Source: a virus. Taken from it: DNA of 64,000 nt. Where the stretch lies: positions 18,395 through 82,394 of IMG/VR virus record IMGVR_UViG_3300009163_003337. One strand, given 5' to 3'. Under the pieces are notes generated by a model that saw nothing but the letters and a program-made list of their open reading frames with translations, did no database searches and was not told the DNA's origin. Positions 38,161 through 48,475 of this stretch are shown here, piece by piece (within the stretch, counting starts at the first letter, position 1; the number at the start of each line of letters is the position of its first letter). A program made the position numbers and the translations under genes.

Positions 38161-38922
38161 ATGAGTATCGATTGTGATAAAGAAACGATGTTTTTGTCGA
38201 ATGATTTCGTGTTTTTTACTATAGAAGGAGAGGGAGCGTTTGTTGGAAAGCCTTCGGTCTTTATGAGATTAGCAAGCTGCAACTTAACGTGTTCAGCATT
38301 TATTTCTGAAGACTCTCCACATGGCTGTGATTCATATGTTTCATGGTCGGTAAAGAATAAGATGACGTTTAATGAAATCTTTAAGCTATTTGAAGATGGA
38401 GGACATATAGCTCATTTAAAAGCTGGTGCTATCTTAAAATTAACTGGTGGTGAACCGCTTGTTTCAGGTAAGCAGCTCATTAAGTTTATCGAGGCGCTGG
38501 TTGCAAAGTATGATTTCTTACCGCAGATAGACTTTGAGACTAACGCTACTATTATGCCGGATGAACGCTGGGTCACAGAATTTAAAGCTACCTTTACAAC
38601 ATCACCTAAATTAACAACAAACGGTGATCCCGAAGAGAAAACATACAAGCCCGCAGTATTAAAGTGGCATCGTGAACACGGCTCTGGCTTTAAGTTTGTT
38701 ATAACTCGATCTGAAGATATAGATGAAATTTGGCGTAAATATGTTGATGATTATAACGGTATTAATGTACCGCTAAAACGTATATGGTTTATGCCTTGCT
38801 GTGGATCTAGAAAAGAACACGTAGAAAATGCACCTGCAGTAGTTGAGTATGCTAAGTCTATGCATGTTAACTTTAGTCCAAGGCTACATCTATTAATCTG
38901 GGATAAAGCATTATCGGTATAA
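38161..38922 (+). CDS. queE: 7-carboxy-7-deazaguanine synthase QueE (radical SAM)
   Basis: TIEGEG..GKPSVFMRL..CNLTC...CDS, TGGEP, ETN, SPK, PRLH. Confidence 0.93.
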   Translation: MSIDCDKETMFLSNDFVFFTIEGEGAFVGKPSVFMRLASCNLTCSAFISEDSPHGCDSYVSWSVKNKMTFNEIFKLFEDGGHIAHLKAGAILKLTGGEPLVSGKQLIKFIEALVAKYDFLPQIDFETNATIMPDERWVTEFKATFTTSPKLTTNGDPEEKTYKPAVLKWHREHGSGFKFVITRSEDIDEIWRKYVDDYNGINVPLKRIWFMPCCGSRKEHVENAPAVVEYAKSMHVNFSPRLHLLIWDKALSV

Positions 38923-38977
38923 GATATACATGATTATTAATTGATTTTTAAATATTTATATATAAATTAACATTAAC

Positions 38978-39712
38978 ATGAGAATCTCTATATCAGGAAC
39001 AGCCTGCACAGGTAAATCCACACTAATAAAAAATATTTTAGCTGTATGGCCTAATTATAGAACTCCAGATAAAACATATAGAGATATAATTGTAGAAGAA
39101 AACCTACCTCATTCTACCGTAACATCTGTAGATACCCAATGGAGAATTCTCAATAGTATGATTGATCAGCTTCAAACTGTTGAAAAGAGTGATAACATTA
39201 TTTTCGATAGATGCCCTCTTGATAATCTAGTATATACACTGTGGGCATATGACAATAATTTAAAAGGATTTACGGAAGAGTTTGTAGCAAATTCAATTAA
39301 ACTAACAAAAGAATCGTTAAGACATATAGACTTAATTCTCATGTTGCGTTATGATCCTGTTATTAAAATTATTAATGATGGTGTAAGAGATGTAAACATC
39401 AAATTTATTAAAGAAATAGATGATATCTTTGACTCACTATATATACAGTATAGAGAAAATTACGAAGCGGATGTATTTTTTCCAAAGGATGATTCTCCCG
39501 GTATAATAGTATTACCTACGAATCCTCAGCGACGAATTGATACTATAGCTGACTATATTGCTCCAGACGGAGGAATGTATAGTGAAGATACCTCTATATT
39601 TAATCCGTCTAATTTAGATCAACTTGAAGAACTGGTTAAACAGCAAAAATCAGCAGCAGATAGTGAGAGAGCAGAAAAAGAACTCTTCAAAAAGTTTGGA
39701 GTTAAGCAGTAA
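38978..39712 (+). CDS. P-loop nucleoside/nucleotide kinase-like ATPase
   Basis: ISGTACTGKST, FDRCPLDNLVY, DGVR. Confidence 0.75.
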   Translation: MRISISGTACTGKSTLIKNILAVWPNYRTPDKTYRDIIVEENLPHSTVTSVDTQWRILNSMIDQLQTVEKSDNIIFDRCPLDNLVYTLWAYDNNLKGFTEEFVANSIKLTKESLRHIDLILMLRYDPVIKIINDGVRDVNIKFIKEIDDIFDSLYIQYRENYEADVFFPKDDSPGIIVLPTNPQRRIDTIADYIAPDGGMYSEDTSIFNPSNLDQLEELVKQQKSAADSERAEKELFKKFGVKQ

Positions 39713-41023
39713 TTAAAATAACAAAAAGTTTCCTGACGTACCGTAGGAATGTCTATCACTATCAGCTGGCCATGTCATATATTCTTGATAATTATTAGCA
39801 TATGTCATACTGACTAGCTGTATATAATGATTACCAGGTTTAATCGTCTGATGATATGAGTTTGCAGCACTACCAGAGAGACATGTTTCTGATATTGTGA
39901 TCCCAGGTGTTTTAATTCTCATTGCTGATACCATTGGAGATGCTGCATCAAGTGAATAAGCAAAATACCAACACACAGCCGACAAAGCGGTATGTACAGA
40001 AGATATGTCTATAGTACAAGGTTCACGGTTAATAAAATTAACACGATTACCTAGACCACCAAATGGTTCGAGTGGACCATTACTAATTGCAGTAGCACCA
40101 GCGGGTGTACTACGCCAGGTGTTAAGTCCTCCACTACCAACCTTTCCCTTCTCTAATATACCAAAGGTAATTGGTACCTGATTATAAGCATTCCATAGAT
40201 AAAACGTGGGTTCACTACCACTAAGCCTGGTGGTAAAACCGTAACTAAACTTCGATTCGCCTGGTGCGACTGTCTTAATACATCCTATTAATCTCCTACT
40301 GTAATCAACAGGGTTAACAATAAACCCATCAAGATACTTTGTTGAAGCAGTAAAATCTATATCTTGTACAGGTGTTGGTTGATTGAATGTATTTAAGCTT
40401 AATACCTGCAAACTATTCCATGGAGTAAAGCTAACTACAAATTCATCGTTAACAACACTCAAATATATATCATATACCGCATCAGCGACCGTTAGATCAG
40501 TAGATAGCTTGACAGCTATTGTGGAGTTAATTTGATGTGCGACCCATCTCGATGATACCGTATTATAGAGAGCTACAGTATCTCCACGATACGGGTGAAT
40601 ATACAGAGTGTTAGCATCTGATCCGGATAAATCCATTGTAGGTACAGCCATTGTTGGATGTAATGATAGTCTAATATTTGCTAAAGGTGGGAGTGACGCT
40701 CCTGCCACTCTAAAAGTCTCAGCTATCTCTGAGTATAGTGCAGCACATAAGGATTGTATTTTTGTCTCTAAATTGGAATTTTTAACTTCTGCGTTATAAA
40801 ACTGTGCTGATAGTGTAGTAATATTTGTTTGATTTATACTAATATTCAAACTATGATCTGCTGCAAACGATGTATTTGCCGGTTCAAGAATAAAATTATC
40901 AACGTTAATAATTGATGTTTCTGTAGACGTTTCAACTATTAAGAGATCACCGCTTGTAATATAAGTTATTTCCGGGAGCTCCTTTATGTTTAAATACGTA
41001 TTTTTACCGTCTGTACATGCCAT
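39713..41023 (-). CDS. virion structural protein (tail fibre/accessory-like)
   Basis: NIKELP..I.SGDLLIVE N-terminus; RLSL..PT..TLYIHPY.G..ALY..W, RRLIG, LWNAYN; AATAAATA upstream on minus strand. Confidence 0.6.
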   Translation of the reverse strand: MACTDGKNTYLNIKELPEITYITSGDLLIVETSTETSIINVDNFILEPANTSFAADHSLNISINQTNITTLSAQFYNAEVKNSNLETKIQSLCAALYSEIAETFRVAGASLPPLANIRLSLHPTMAVPTMDLSGSDANTLYIHPYRGDTVALYNTVSSRWVAHQINSTIAVKLSTDLTVADAVYDIYLSVVNDEFVVSFTPWNSLQVLSLNTFNQPTPVQDIDFTASTKYLDGFIVNPVDYSRRLIGCIKTVAPGESKFSYGFTTRLSGSEPTFYLWNAYNQVPITFGILEKGKVGSGGLNTWRSTPAGATAISNGPLEPFGGLGNRVNFINREPCTIDISSVHTALSAVCWYFAYSLDAASPMVSAMRIKTPGITISETCLSGSAANSYHQTIKPGNHYIQLVSMTYANNYQEYMTWPADSDRHSYGTSGNFLLF

Positions 41024-41077
41024 ATATGTATTTATTACAGTTGATCTTTTATTAGAGGGTATATAATTAACAATGTA

Positions 41078-41941
41078 ATGGGTGACGAGAAATATAAAGT
41101 AGGTGTAGGCATTATAACGTGTAATCGGCCTGAATATTTGTATAACTTGTTAAATAGTATTAGACCATCGTGTGCTGTTGATGAGCTTGTAATAGTTAAC
41201 GATGGTGGAAATATTCCAGGACCTAGTTTTACATCTACCTGTCCTGTTACCTATCTCAGGAACGTAACTAATTTAGGAGTAGGCAAATCAAAAAACAGAG
41301 CTATTCAGCGTCTTTTAGATGAAAAGTGTGATTATATCTTCATTATCGAAGATGATACAATTGTGCTAGATCTTGAAATATTCGACAAATATATTGAAGC
41401 AAGTAAAGAAACAGGTATACAGCACTTTAATTTTGGACCTGGTACACCATTTAATAGAAAGCAAACGATTACTAATTATGATCTACATAATAGACATTTG
41501 TTAGATAATGAATCTAAACCTAATCCTAAGGTTACTATTGAATATCCTAATGATGTTAAGATTGATCTATATGAACACGTAGCAGGAGTATTTAGCTTTT
41601 TTACAAAAGAGATACTACAAAGTGTAGGCTTACACGATGATAGATTTTATAATGCGTGGGAACATGTTGACCATACATTTAGGATAATAAAGGCTGAAGG
41701 TCATCCACCGTTTTGGTGGTTTGCTGATATACACGATAGTGTAAAATATTTGAGTATACCATCCGATTCTATTGATAGGAGCACGACATCGAACAATCAA
41801 GAAGAATGGTTTAAAAATATAAACGCTGGAAGAGAGATATATCATAATATACACGGCTTTTATCCAAATATGTGTCCGCATACTAGTAAAGAAGATGTTA
41901 TTAAAACTCTTAAAAGTATAAAATCTAAATGGACGATCTAA
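41078..41941 (+). CDS. GT2 glycosyltransferase
   Basis: GIITCNRP, VIVNDG, GVGKSKN, IIEDD, WEHVDH. Confidence 0.85.
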   Translation: MGDEKYKVGVGIITCNRPEYLYNLLNSIRPSCAVDELVIVNDGGNIPGPSFTSTCPVTYLRNVTNLGVGKSKNRAIQRLLDEKCDYIFIIEDDTIVLDLEIFDKYIEASKETGIQHFNFGPGTPFNRKQTITNYDLHNRHLLDNESKPNPKVTIEYPNDVKIDLYEHVAGVFSFFTKEILQSVGLHDDRFYNAWEHVDHTFRIIKAEGHPPFWWFADIHDSVKYLSIPSDSIDRSTTSNNQEEWFKNINAGREIYHNIHGFYPNMCPHTSKEDVIKTLKSIKSKWTI

Positions 41942-42678
41942 CTTTAATTACCTGTTCTTATAATACACCTGATATAACACTAACAATGTTAAAGTCATGG
42001 ATGTATATTCATAATAGAACGCAGCGACTTATTATTGTTGACAACTCAACAAATAGTGATACACGAGGCTTGCTATACGATCACAAAGTTCCATACACAA
42101 CACACCCAGGAATGAGTCACGGTGATGGGGTTAATGAGGCTTTAAAGTTATGTAAAACAAAATATGCTTTACTTGTTGACACTGATGTTATATTCTTAAA
42201 AGATCACAGTTCTATTTTTCAGCAATTCAAGGATATGGATTTGTCTATTATGGGTAAGGTAGAAGGTGACCGAGGCGGTAAATCTATCTATAATAGAGTC
42301 AATCCATGGCATTGCTTTATTGATGTAGAAAAAATTAAACAACATAATATTACTTTCTTTGACGAGGAAAGAATGAAAGACAGTTTTAAGACTGATAAGA
42401 TATATGATATTGGATCTACATTTTTAGAAGATATTAAAAAGCATAACCTTAAAATTGGTAATGTAGATCTTTCAACTAGTTACTATATACACTTAGAGGG
42501 TATGAGTTGGTATAAAAATAAATTTGATGGTACTAAAGAAGATACAGGTATTGACTTTGGCGGTACACACAACAACCCTGCCTATGTAAGTGCTTATGAA
42601 CAAAAACACCAAGCTTTTCAAAACATAAAACAGCAATACGAGGGTGTTAAAATCTCAGATAAATTTATATATGAGTGA
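41929..42678 (+). CDS. GT2-like glycosyltransferase
   Basis: IIVDNS, HGDGVN, LVDTDV, YDIGS. Confidence 0.8.
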   Translation: MDDLTLITCSYNTPDITLTMLKSWMYIHNRTQRLIIVDNSTNSDTRGLLYDHKVPYTTHPGMSHGDGVNEALKLCKTKYALLVDTDVIFLKDHSSIFQQFKDMDLSIMGKVEGDRGGKSIYNRVNPWHCFIDVEKIKQHNITFFDEERMKDSFKTDKIYDIGSTFLEDIKKHNLKIGNVDLSTSYYIHLEGMSWYKNKFDGTKEDTGIDFGGTHNNPAYVSAYEQKHQAFQNIKQQYEGVKISDKFIYE

Positions 42679-43474
42679 TATAACTTTTATTATACATCTA
42701 CGTAAGGATACTGAGGAACGTGCTAAAAATGTAGATATAGTTATTGAATACTATAAAAATATACTACCTACTTGTAAATTTATAGTTATTGAAGACGATA
42801 AAATACAAAATTTTAAATACTTAAAAGTTGATACAAGGATTCAATATATTCATTTTTATAATGAAGGTCAACATAACAAATGTAAAGGTTACAATATTGG
42901 GTTAAATAGTTGTGAAACTACTATTATGTGTTTTCTTGATATTGACTGTATTGTAAGTAAGCAGAATATTGAAAAAGCCATTAACACGCTTGAGAATACA
43001 GACGGTTTATGTATAGGTTATAATGGTACTGCTATATATTTTAACTATACAGTTAAAGATAGGATAACTGATGCTACAGAATCTTTATATGACTTTTTAG
43101 AAACATTTGTTGATACTGTTAATATACGTACTGGTTATGCAAATGAGTTTTATCATGTTGCTAACACAAGAGCTGTAGGTGGTATGTTATTAGGCTACAA
43201 CCATATTTTTAAAAATATTGGAGGGTTTAATCCTAACTTTAAAGGCTGGGGATACGAAGATAATGAAATAATAGTTCGTGCAAGAAAATTAAAAATACCT
43301 ATCTACTCTATCAACACCCCCAAACCATTTTTATTTCACCTACCGCACATTAGTGATGAAAATAAAAATAAAGAAGATACACATGCGTCATATAGACTTA
43401 ATGAGCAAGAGTATTTAAAAATAACTAGATTTAGTTTAGAGCAGACGTTAGAATATATAAAATCTTGGAAATAA
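42671..43474 (+). CDS. GT2/GT7-like glycosyltransferase
   Basis: FLDIDC, GGFNPNFKGWGYED, FHLPH. Confidence 0.85.
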   Translation: MSDITFIIHLRKDTEERAKNVDIVIEYYKNILPTCKFIVIEDDKIQNFKYLKVDTRIQYIHFYNEGQHNKCKGYNIGLNSCETTIMCFLDIDCIVSKQNIEKAINTLENTDGLCIGYNGTAIYFNYTVKDRITDATESLYDFLETFVDTVNIRTGYANEFYHVANTRAVGGMLLGYNHIFKNIGGFNPNFKGWGYEDNEIIVRARKLKIPIYSINTPKPFLFHLPHISDENKNKEDTHASYRLNEQEYLKITRFSLEQTLEYIKSWK

Positions 43475-43475
43475 T

Positions 43476-44327
43476 ATGATTACAACTTTAAAAGGAATAG
43501 GCATGCCGTTTAATTATGAACACTCTTCGTGTTCAGATTTAATACCGAAAGACTTTAAATGGTCTCCCTGGTACGGTGATTATAATGTATATATTGATCA
43601 TGGTATGAAGAACCGAACACCAGATCTAAGTATAGATAAAGAAAGGCGGTTTGGATGGGTATGCGAATCTAAATTCGTAATTCCTGATGTATATAACTGG
43701 TTAGTTAAGAATCACGAAATTTTATTTGATAAGTATTTTTATAAAATTTTTACGTGTGAGCAAGAATTATTAAGTTTAAATAATAATTTTGTATATGCTT
43801 ATTCAGGAAGTAATTATCCATGGATCAAGAAAGAATTGTGGATGGTTTATCCGAAATCAAAATTATGTTCTATGTTTTGTTCACATAAAATTATAACAGA
43901 TGAGCATGTATATAGGCATAAAGTAGCAAGGTATGCAATGTCAAAAAATATAGATGTTTATGGTGGTATAGTATCAACACCGCGCTCACATCTAGCTTTA
44001 TGGGATACTAAAATTGACGGTATACGAGATTATATGTTTCATATAGTAGTTGAAAACGGTGTTACGGAGAATTATTTTACTGAAAAATTTACTGACTCCA
44101 TAGCAGCAGGTGCGATACCCGTTTATAGAGGATCATCAAAAGTTTTAGAGATATTTGATCCTAACGGTATTATTGTACTCGAACCAGGCAAAGAAGAAGA
44201 AATTATTAACAGCCTAACACCTGAACTATATAATACGAAGTTACAATTTGTACAAAAAAATCTAGACATTCTAAGAACACTAAAAACGTCAGATGATTAT
44301 TTGTTTGATTGTATTAAAGCATTATGA
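43476..44327 (+). CDS. GT10 (fucosyltransferase-like) glycosyltransferase
   Basis: YMFHIVVENG..NYFTEKF.D...GAIPVYRG. Confidence 0.82.
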   Translation: MITTLKGIGMPFNYEHSSCSDLIPKDFKWSPWYGDYNVYIDHGMKNRTPDLSIDKERRFGWVCESKFVIPDVYNWLVKNHEILFDKYFYKIFTCEQELLSLNNNFVYAYSGSNYPWIKKELWMVYPKSKLCSMFCSHKIITDEHVYRHKVARYAMSKNIDVYGGIVSTPRSHLALWDTKIDGIRDYMFHIVVENGVTENYFTEKFTDSIAAGAIPVYRGSSKVLEIFDPNGIIVLEPGKEEEIINSLTPELYNTKLQFVQKNLDILRTLKTSDDYLFDCIKAL

Positions 44328-44893
44328 AGACATTATTTACTACATTTTATTACGATTATAATGATACTATGTATTATAAAAAATCTGCTGAAGCTCTCAA
44401 ACAAACAATTGAAAAGTTAGGCGGTCAAATATTAGTACATGCACCTAAGCTTAATGGTACGTATAATGATAACTGCTTACTTAAACCATCAATTATTCTC
44501 GAGACACTTAAAACACAAAAGTGTAATATTATTTGGATAGATGCAGATTGTATAGTTAATAGTTTACCTACTGAAATGGATAATATTAATTATGATATGG
44601 CAGCTATAACGAGAATACATGATATGAAGACACCTCACAGTGCGTTAATATTTTTTAAATATAGTGATGAAGTAATCTCGTTCGTTAATGACTGGATGTT
44701 AAAATGTAATGAGAAGCAGCAAGAAGCTAAAGATGGTAAATATAAAGGAGGTGATCATCATTTATTAATTGAGACGTTACGTGAACGTAAGGATATAAAA
44801 TGTGCAATGTTACAACCAACTGTAGCCTGCTCTGTAAATAAAAATGTAAAGGTGTTTATTAATATAAGCCCGGGTGGTCAACAGGGATTTTAA
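44324..44893 (+). CDS. GT-A nucleotide-diphospho-sugar transferase
   Basis: KPSII, WIDAD DxD motif. Confidence 0.75.
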   Translation: MKTLFTTFYYDYNDTMYYKKSAEALKQTIEKLGGQILVHAPKLNGTYNDNCLLKPSIILETLKTQKCNIIWIDADCIVNSLPTEMDNINYDMAAITRIHDMKTPHSALIFFKYSDEVISFVNDWMLKCNEKQQEAKDGKYKGGDHHLLIETLRERKDIKCAMLQPTVACSVNKNVKVFINISPGGQQGF

Positions 44894-44894
44894 T

Positions 44895-45689
44895 ATGAGT
44901 GAGTTAACCATAACACATAACTCTGGCTTTTTTTCATGCTGCTCGGTTAGATTATATGATATTATAAATTTTTTTAACACACAAAAACGTCTACCGTCAA
45001 CGATAAATTCAAGCTTTCAATTTGCTTCGTACAAAATTAATCCATACGACCCTAACGAAGATTTAAATTCATTACTATTTAAAGGTACGCAATCCAATAA
45101 TATTGAGTATGTTGAAGAGATTGATTATCATCACAATCACCAATTTACAGTATACAATCAACTCGATCTTAAAAATATAACACCATTCATTTATAAGTAT
45201 TTTAGCCTGAGTGACGATATTGAAAAGTATAATAAAAAATTAGAAGAAAAATATAATATAGAATACGATAATACGGTTTCAGTCTTTTATCGTGGTAACG
45301 ATAAATCAACCGAGACAGGAATTGCATCCTATACAGAATTCTTTAATAAGTGTCAGCAAATTTACGAAAAGAATAACCAAATTAGATTTCTTATTCAAAC
45401 TGATGAAGTAGAATTTAGAGATGAATTTCAACAAAATTTCAAACATTCGTTTTTCTTTCAAGAGATGCCTTGTATAAGAAGTAATAAAAATATAGCTTTA
45501 CAACATATAATAAGCCCCGACCAAAGACATAAGTTTGCTCAGAGAATTTTAAGCTCAACAAGCATTGTATCTAAGTGTAATCACCTCGTTACACATTCAG
45601 GTAACTGTGGCATATGGGCTGTTCTCTTGAGAGGTAACACAGTTAATGTTCATCAATACTTAATGCATCCTGATCAAGGGTGGGTGTAA
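44895..45689 (+). CDS. NodZ/O-fucosyltransferase-like glycosyltransferase
   Basis: SGFFSC, VFYRGNDK..E, IQTDE, SKC..L...SGN. Confidence 0.7.
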   Translation: MSELTITHNSGFFSCCSVRLYDIINFFNTQKRLPSTINSSFQFASYKINPYDPNEDLNSLLFKGTQSNNIEYVEEIDYHHNHQFTVYNQLDLKNITPFIYKYFSLSDDIEKYNKKLEEKYNIEYDNTVSVFYRGNDKSTETGIASYTEFFNKCQQIYEKNNQIRFLIQTDEVEFRDEFQQNFKHSFFFQEMPCIRSNKNIALQHIISPDQRHKFAQRILSSTSIVSKCNHLVTHSGNCGIWAVLLRGNTVNVHQYLMHPDQGWV

Positions 45690-45690
45690 T

Positions 45691-46923
45691 ATGTTATATA
45701 TTATTAAAGACATACACTCTATAGAGTCAAAAGTTAATTTTCTTCCTATAGATGATAATGGTAGAGAGGTTAATATATACACTCTTAATTCTGTAGTATT
45801 TACTGGTTCTAATTTATACTATCCCAATATATTAGCATATTCTAAAGATACTACGCAGCTGTATGCACCTATAAATGAACAGATAATGTCGTTAAAGAGT
45901 ATTAAAACTACATCAACGATTGAATATACAGATCGAAATATACCGTTATATGACGAAGAGCCTTGCTTCTTTTTTGTATATAATACAGACAACTATTACC
46001 ATTTTGTATATGACACATTACCGTATCTAATATCGTACTTACACTTACGTAAAACGGAGCCTAGGTTAAAACTATTAATGAATTATCCTAATAGTGTTAG
46101 GACTACACAGTACAATTTTGTTACTGAATTACTTGAGATACTCAATATTAATTCTGATGACATTAAAGTAGTTCGTGATGATACTGTTTACAAAACCCTC
46201 TATATTTCAGACTCCTATACACACGGTATTGATTCTAACTTACCACCTAGATACGAAGTATACAAGCTATATAATACTATTACTGAGCAAGTACTACAAA
46301 ACAATAATAGTACAGGTATTATTAGTAATATATATGTATCGAGAAGGAGCTGGTTACATGGTAATTTATCCAATATAGGAACGGATTACACAACGAGACG
46401 GCGGTTAGTAAACGAAGATGAATTAATAAACTATCTACAAAAGAATAAGTATCAAGAAGTATTTACCGAAACTCTTACTACTATAGAAAAAATATTTTTA
46501 TTCGCTAACGCACGTTACGTTGTTGGCGCTATAGGCGGAGGATTATGTAATGTATTATATTCCAATAATAAATGTAATCTTATATCTCTAAATTCACCAG
46601 GGTTTCTCGATATTAACAAACGGTTTGAGTATTCTTTTAAGCTAGTTAACTACATACCGTTTAATAATACTTACCATGAAAGTAATGATGAATTTAAATT
46701 ATTTATGAGAGTATCAGTAGAAGATATTGTCGGTGAGATTGTTGCTATTGATAGTAATACTGTTACAATATCATATACAAAATCTGCTGTTGCAGGGTGG
46801 AATAAAAGTATCCAGTATGATACAATTACAGTACGCAAACAAGATGTTAAAAAAATAGATGAAGGATTAAACTCACCGTGGTGTATTAATATGAATAAGT
46901 TTAAGGAGATAAAGATATGTTAA
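45691..46923 (+). CDS. GT61 (DUF563)-like glycosyltransferase
   Basis: NYYHF..D.LP, IYVSRR, RRLVNE, LFANA..VVG..GGGL.N. Confidence 0.8.
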   Translation: MLYIIKDIHSIESKVNFLPIDDNGREVNIYTLNSVVFTGSNLYYPNILAYSKDTTQLYAPINEQIMSLKSIKTTSTIEYTDRNIPLYDEEPCFFFVYNTDNYYHFVYDTLPYLISYLHLRKTEPRLKLLMNYPNSVRTTQYNFVTELLEILNINSDDIKVVRDDTVYKTLYISDSYTHGIDSNLPPRYEVYKLYNTITEQVLQNNNSTGIISNIYVSRRSWLHGNLSNIGTDYTTRRRLVNEDELINYLQKNKYQEVFTETLTTIEKIFLFANARYVVGAIGGGLCNVLYSNNKCNLISLNSPGFLDINKRFEYSFKLVNYIPFNNTYHESNDEFKLFMRVSVEDIVGEIVAIDSNTVTISYTKSAVAGWNKSIQYDTITVRKQDVKKIDEGLNSPWCINMNKFKEIKIC

Positions 46924-47723
46924 ATTTTACAGTCTATAGTCATACAGACTACCTAGATATTCTCGAAATACAGACAGATCATATCTGTAATGGTGGTAAA
47001 CATACATTGTTTATTAACGAATCAACTCGTGATATAAATTATATTACTAAACATTATGATAGGGTTATATTATATAGTGATAATGACACATACGCATCGA
47101 GGCTATTGAGCTGTCTATTGAAAATTGACGATAACTATATACTCTTAACACACGATATAGATATTGTTGTTCATATGCATGAAGATTGTATATTGAAAAT
47201 AAGCAAATTAGCTCAGCAACATAATTGGGATCGTATTGACTTAAAATATGTTCCCATTAATAAAAATAGTATTTTAGCAGATGTATCATCCGACAACTCT
47301 ATAACATGGTGTAACGCAGCTACAGATAAACTTTATAATGGTAGATTGTATCTTGTTAAGCAGATAGATCCTGATAACTATATATACAACGTAAATCCAT
47401 CTATTTGGAAGAGGGAGACTCTAATACAAATACTAAGTACATTTAAGGATAAGACATACAGATCTATAGAGGGAATTGATGTTCAGCATTTTTGTAAACA
47501 ATATAATGTATACAAACTATTCTCGGGTAATGTTAAAGAATGCGGTTACTTTCAATGCGTTAGTGAATACGTATACCTTCATATAACACACGGTGGTAAG
47601 TTGATAATTCCAAATGACAAATTAACTACTGAATATGGTCAGTCGTATAAAGATGTCTCAGACAAGTACGATTATATAGTAAAAAAATATAACATAGCAA
47701 AATCAGATAAATGGAAAATATAG
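46917..47723 (+). CDS. GT-A-like protein
   Basis: YASRL, HDID, NVNPSIWK. Confidence 0.55.
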   Translation: MLNFTVYSHTDYLDILEIQTDHICNGGKHTLFINESTRDINYITKHYDRVILYSDNDTYASRLLSCLLKIDDNYILLTHDIDIVVHMHEDCILKISKLAQQHNWDRIDLKYVPINKNSILADVSSDNSITWCNAATDKLYNGRLYLVKQIDPDNYIYNVNPSIWKRETLIQILSTFKDKTYRSIEGIDVQHFCKQYNVYKLFSGNVKECGYFQCVSEYVYLHITHGGKLIIPNDKLTTEYGQSYKDVSDKYDYIVKKYNIAKSDKWKI

Positions 47724-48475
47724 ATGTAAATGATAAGATAGTCTTTATTATAGCTCACAAATATATTAGAGGACATGCGACGTATTTAAAATATTACACC
47801 GATAATATTAAAAAATATTATCCTCATGCATTAACTATAGTTGTTGATAATAACTCTAATCACGTTGATGAAATCTTTCAAACGCTCGAACAGAGTGACC
47901 GACTTGTATTGCTAACTAATAATATTGACTGTAAATTTGAAATAGGTGCATATCGTGTAGGTATGAGATATTTGATAGATAATAATATTTTAGATGACTA
48001 CAAATATATTGCATGTACGCAAGATACTTTTGTACTTAAAAATAAGTATGATTTCAACATCCTTAACACTCAAAATACGACAGCGTGTACTATTAATTCT
48101 TTTCATCAAGATGGTCTATTTCAACACGCCTCAAATGCAATTTTAGCTCAATTAGGTCTAGATAATAATCTAGATAAAATTACCTTTTGCTGGTGCAATA
48201 GCTTTATCATAGCTACTACTAAAGTTCATCAGTTAATGGGTTACTTTGAACAGCTAACCATACAGCGGAGCGTGGAGCGTGAAGTATCAGAAAGATATTT
48301 AGCAAGAATATTATGGGAATTAAACGATTATACTAATACAGATATTGATGGTAATATAAGCAACCTTGATCAGCATTATAATTGCCATACTGTAGATATT
48401 GTAAATGCTACAACACCTACTTATTTTGTAAAAAGAGCTCATCAAAGAACTGAAAATACACCTGATCAATGGTAG
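47711..48475 (+). CDS. GT2-like protein
   Basis: IVVDNNS, FEIGAY, TQDT, SERY. Confidence 0.6.
   Translation: MENIDVNDKIVFIIAHKYIRGHATYLKYYTDNIKKYYPHALTIVVDNNSNHVDEIFQTLEQSDRLVLLTNNIDCKFEIGAYRVGMRYLIDNNILDDYKYIACTQDTFVLKNKYDFNILNTQNTTACTINSFHQDGLFQHASNAILAQLGLDNNLDKITFCWCNSFIIATTKVHQLMGYFEQLTIQRSVEREVSERYLARILWELNDYTNTDIDGNISNLDQHYNCHTVDIVNATTPTYFVKRAHQRTENTPDQW

Noticed and set aside
34451-38922. Folate or tRNA-queuosine auxiliary metabolism
   Set aside because: No queF, tgt, queA or other folate genes seen; in phages this set usually serves DNA modification
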